Origin: Pavona decussata
Taxonomy: Eukaryota
NCBI GenBank assembly: GCA_977016875.1
Contig: CDRNST010000104.1
Location: 3,782,001-3,846,000 of the forward strand
Reading direction: 5' to 3'
DNA length: 64,000 nucleotides
The notes beneath the pieces were generated by a model. That model made no database searches and was not told the origin of the DNA. It saw nothing but the letters and a program-made list of their open reading frames with translations. Every line of letters begins with the position of its first letter. The stretch's first letter is position 1. Both the position numbers and the translations under genes were made by a program. Positions 59,704 to 64,000 of the stretch are shown piece by piece.

Positions 59704-61908
59704 ATGTCAAGACCTTGTGCTTGTCTACTGATCTTGATTTCCGTGATTGTTTTCCAAAGCGGACAGAGCTCAGCCAACAATCTGCCAACAGATCCCAATG
59801 ATCAGTACTACGAAGGTAAGTTAAATACTCATTAGGTATTTGAAAAATCTCATTATACATCTGATCAATGTAACAGAATAATTTAATTTACCCTTAAACT
59901 GTGTACATCGAGGCCGTGGGCTAATCGCGAGGTACAACAGGTTTAGTCTTCGCAATCTGAAACGCCCTTTGGAAATATACAAAAGTTGGACCATATCCAT
60001 CGAAAGATCGAGTAACCGTTTTTCAACTTATCCCTGACAGAATTAACCTTAACATAGGAAAACTAGTCTTTTGGCAAAGACAAATCTTCAAATGATTTTA
60101 AGACGCAAACTTGCGAAACCGAAAACCATGAATGAGTCATGAATACTATTTGACTTTCGAACGACAACAGAGAAAATAGAACATGAAATTCGTTCTCTGA
60201 CAAAGTTGCCCCGTCATTTTCCAGTATTTTAAAATATTTATGATTCTGGTAGTTTGAAGTCCAATTTGATAGATCTTAGGCACATCGATGGATATGTAAG
60301 GCTGCAAAAATGTTTAGGGAGAGATTTGAAAGCATTCAGTGGGCAACAGCGTCCTCGGAGACCCATAGGCAGTTAGTCGGGTAGCAGGGATTTTCGTGGA
60401 CGAACGTTTATTGTAAAATAAACTTTCGCCCACGAAAATCCCTGCTATCCGACTAACTGCCCCTGGGTCTCCGAGGATGTGGGCGACAGTTAAGGTTGCC
60501 ATACTCTCTCTGACGCTATCCACGGTTTTTTTTTTTTTTCAGAAGACGTAACATTACAACCATTAGAAAACAATTTCTGCTTCTACAACCTATCCTGTAA
60601 AAACACTGCGTTACTAAAACTATGTGGCGCTCTGTTTTGCGGCTCTGGCAGGATGCAATGTATTTTATTCTTGCTCAATTAAAGCCATTCTTTTTGATTT
60701 GCTTTTGCAGCCTTCCAAAATGTTTCTTCTCCCATTGACACTGCAGATGGTCTGATAAAAGACTTCATCTACAAATGGGCCCTGGGCTGGCACTGGCAAT
60801 TTAATTTTACATCGGTCGTTCGGTATTGCGAAAGCATTAGGTTGGTTTTCTCGCCCTTCCTTTATACAGACATGGTGATTGTTATGGACGGCTCCGGCTC
60901 GGTTGACAGTTGTCAATTTGAGAAAGGAAAGAAAGCACTTCAGCACATGGTTGAGTTAGCGAGTTTAAGCAGAAGGGTCGTGAAATTTGCTGCGGTTACC
61001 TTTGCGTCATCAGCTACTGTCAACTTTAACTTTTTGCCATACTCTTCAGCGGCAAACGAGATCTCACAGATTCCTTATCCAGGTGGTGGCACCAATACTC
61101 AGGCTGGACTGACAGAGGCGAAGAAATTGTTTGATGTCCCTTCCTCAGGTACTGTGTTAAGATTATTAGTGGATGTTGTATACAAAAGAAATGTGACAAA
61201 AATGAAGAGCTAAAAATAGCTGAGTGTGAACGAAAAGAAAAATCTTAAATATGAAGGAGCATTAGATTGCAAATATGGTTGCTGGTTGAGACTGAAAGCG
61301 AGATTTTATCGACACAAAAAGCAAACTAAAGGAGTATAAATTGAACTTAGCTAAGGATTTACAAAGCATTTTATTGAAATGATCATAAAATTACCAAACA
61401 AGGATTCAAACAAGAGATAGTAAATTCGAGGTAAACCTTACCCTTCAATCATTTTCATTTTTTGACCAAAACATCTGTCCTGCTTTAACATATCTATATT
61501 TGATGTGTTGTTTTAGAGGTTTGGAAGAAAATTTATTAATGTATTGTTTTAGTTTTTCTCTTCTAATTTCAGTATGTTTTGTGGCTATTCTTTCAAAAGG
61601 TCGCCGCATTGCCTGAAGGAAGACTGTGTTTCTTGTCACTGATGGTCAGTCAAATAGCCAGGTACTGTCCATTCGCAGGGCAAAAGCACTGAAAGACAGC
61701 GGGGTGGAGATTTTCGTGGTTACTGTTGGCACTCACATCTATGGCATTGACGAGATGGTGAAAGTGGCTTCATATCCACCAGAGAGGTTCCTGTTCCGAG
61801 TCGATACTAACCAACAATTTTGGGAAGTTATTAAGTTGGTGATAAAAAGGGTTGCCCCATGCATGGAGGTACACAATCCTCCAGGGGCAATATGATCCCC
61901 CTTGCTGA
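59704..61908 (+). pseudogene. Secreted single vWA protein, copy B; exons 59704-59815, 60711-61148, 61600-~61908
   Basis: Same structure as copy A. TGA at 61614-61616 (GGA in A) and a 4-bp insertion near 61860 that shifts the C-terminal frame. Confidence 0.85.
60350..60479. mobile_element. 130-bp hairpin MITE with 10-bp TSD (AcademH-like)
   Basis: Near-perfect palindrome, TSD TGGGCAACAG / TGGGCGACAG, empty site in copy A intron (~53130). Confidence 0.85.
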
Positions 61909-64000
61909 AAATGGTCTTAAACTTAAAGCAAACTTAAGCGAGAAATAAAAGAGGGTTCTTTTTAAGTTAATATTAAATGGGTTAGATTCTGTTTGATTAG
62001 GCTGTTTGGGAATAAGAATAAACGGTGCTGAATAGGCTTAGATTTTTTCATTTACTTAAATTATATTTGAGAAGAGATGTCTGCAAACGTTTGCTGCCAC
62101 GATATTCCAGACACATTTTGAGTTCTCACAACTCCAGAAACAGTTGTTTCATGCAGCATTCTTATTCATGAGGAAGGACAATCGAGTGCAAACTTGTTTC
62201 TTTAGAGCACCTGTCGTATTTGCCTCTTTTGGTAAGTCAATGCTCAATTTTTTTGTATTTCGGTCGAGTTTAAGCCAAGCCAAGCCCTGGTTTTAATATT
62301 TAGAGATGGTCACGATTTCAAACACAATACTTTTTCGGAGCGTCCTTGGACTTAACTGGATTATGGATAACTTCTAAAAGGATCATGCAGTGTCTCTCTC
62401 GTGTCTCCCTTTCTTTTTACTATAATTTTTATTAGTGATTCTATTTCGATAACATTGTAAGCGCATAATTTTATTGTTACTGGCACTGGAAACACCTTCA
62501 TTGCAAATAAATTACATTGGCCACTATGTGCCGTTTCTTGTTGTTTACTTCATTCATTCAGTTTTTCTGTTCAATATAATTACAGCGATTATCAATAACA
62601 CGCGACCTACGGCATTCAAAAGAGTCGGATAAAGTTGCGTTTTGGTGGACGTCAAAGAAAAGCCGTTAAATTATTTTGAATTCTGACAAGATTCCAAGGT
62701 AACCCTGCAAGAAACTAAGAATTTTACCTCGCTAAGAGAAGGTAAATTTTATTTAAATTGATTCTCCAGCCAGATCAAGCGCAAATAAAAGCGGTGAGGG
62801 TAAAAGGCGGAATGAGTTTGCGGAATGGAATGTGGAAAGACGTGTGGAATGGCATAATTATGCAAAATAAGAATTGCGGAATGACATAATTATGCGAGAT
62901 ACGATTTATGCATAATGACTCACAGAAATACATTAAACTGAAAAAGCGCGCCTTTTTTTGGGCGCCAATTTGCAAATACAGCCTTTTTGTAACCATTCAA
63001 CCGAAGAATGCATCACAAAAACCCAAACGATGGTATCTTCGAATTCAAACTTTTTTCCTTCGATTCTCATCGCATAGCCGTTGATCAGTGCAACATAGCA
63101 GCTCGTGGACTTTTATCGTTCGCGAGTGAACACAGGATTTGTAATACATTTGCATTAAAGAGGTTTGTTTATTTACGTAACCTGGTTTCCATTCCACACG
63201 AGTCGTCCGCCATTACGGGAGATGTATACAACTCAATCGAAGGCTGGTTAAACTTGACATGTTTCAAGCTTTCACAGCGCCTCGCGGGAAAAAGCCGTGA
63301 GTAAAGAACCACCTCTGTTTATTATTGAAACGATTTATGTCACTTGTCGAGGATTTATCTGGTTATGACGAATGTGTTGTGGTTCGGTAATATGCTCATT
63401 TTCGTTGTTTTACGTTTTATATTAATCAATTTATCATCCACAGCCAAACACACACACACGCAAAAAACTAAATAAATAAATAAATAAAAACGAAAATAAA
63501 AATTTAACGCAAGCTATACCGCAGAACGCTTTCCCCGTATTTTGACGTGTAGATTTCGGTTTTTTATTTTCGAAGGAAGGATCTTGATGAAACAAATAAA
63601 ATTTTCAACTCCAAGATTTTATTAGAAACAATATCAAAGCAATTCGGGAAAGATTTCCGCAAAGCCCCATACATTATTTATCCATGCATAACTGTCACAC
63701 CAACCCACTTCCAAAAACGACGAGCGTGAAAACAAAGTGTGTGCCAAATGTATAGATAATTATGCATGGGGCTGTGCAGATATCTTGACGCAACTCGTAC
63801 TAAAAATACTGTAAGAGACTAATGTCACTTGAAGCCTACTTTCTTGTATTGTACTGGTTATCCAAAACCATAAAATCTCGGTTTTAGAGAGGAAACATGA
63901 AATTCAGTCCACTTTGGAGAAGAGAGGGGTAGGGGGAGGGGAACTGCAATAACTGTTGCAACGTGTTGAAATAACACCCATGCCCATTTTTAACCATGAA

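Larger units (their letters stand above)
45490..62580 (+). repeat. Tandem segmental duplication of the vWA locus (unit A ~45490-55990, unit B ~56760-62580)
   Basis: Collinear similarity across upstream DNA, exons, introns and 3' flanks. Confidence 0.85.

Noticed and set aside
61614-61616. TGA as selenocysteine in vWA copy B
   Set aside because: Aligned residue in copy A is Gly, and a second frameshift lesion is present.

Overview
AT-rich, intron-containing animal genomic DNA. The repeat families and gene content suggest an anthozoan such as a stony coral (inference). There are two assembly gaps (23605-23768, 51664-51901). (1) 1-6434: a decayed BEL/Pao LTR retrotransposon on the minus strand, with its 5' LTR and PBS, split by a 1.2-kb foldback element. 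(2) 9466-39449: two tandem paralogs of a multi-exon gene in which every intron is phase 1. The complete copy (24320-39449, six exons, about 790 aa) reads DED-DED, hydrophobic segment, TRADD-N-like domain, DSG-degron linker, death-domain-like module, and a caspase-like fold lacking the catalytic His/Cys. This makes it a candidate cFLIP-like pseudo-caspase adaptor, and its loops vary strongly between the paralogs. Its introns hold nested DNA transposons (MULE-like > hAT > MITE) plus Penelope and LINE fragments. A decayed Penelope element with hammerhead ribozyme motifs lies between the two copies. (3) 45500-62600: a tandem duplication of a three-exon secreted single-vWA gene, both copies carrying nonsense lesions, plus an orphan promoter copy and a candidate opposite-strand signal-peptide exon. 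All domain calls are by eye and need profile or structure confirmation.
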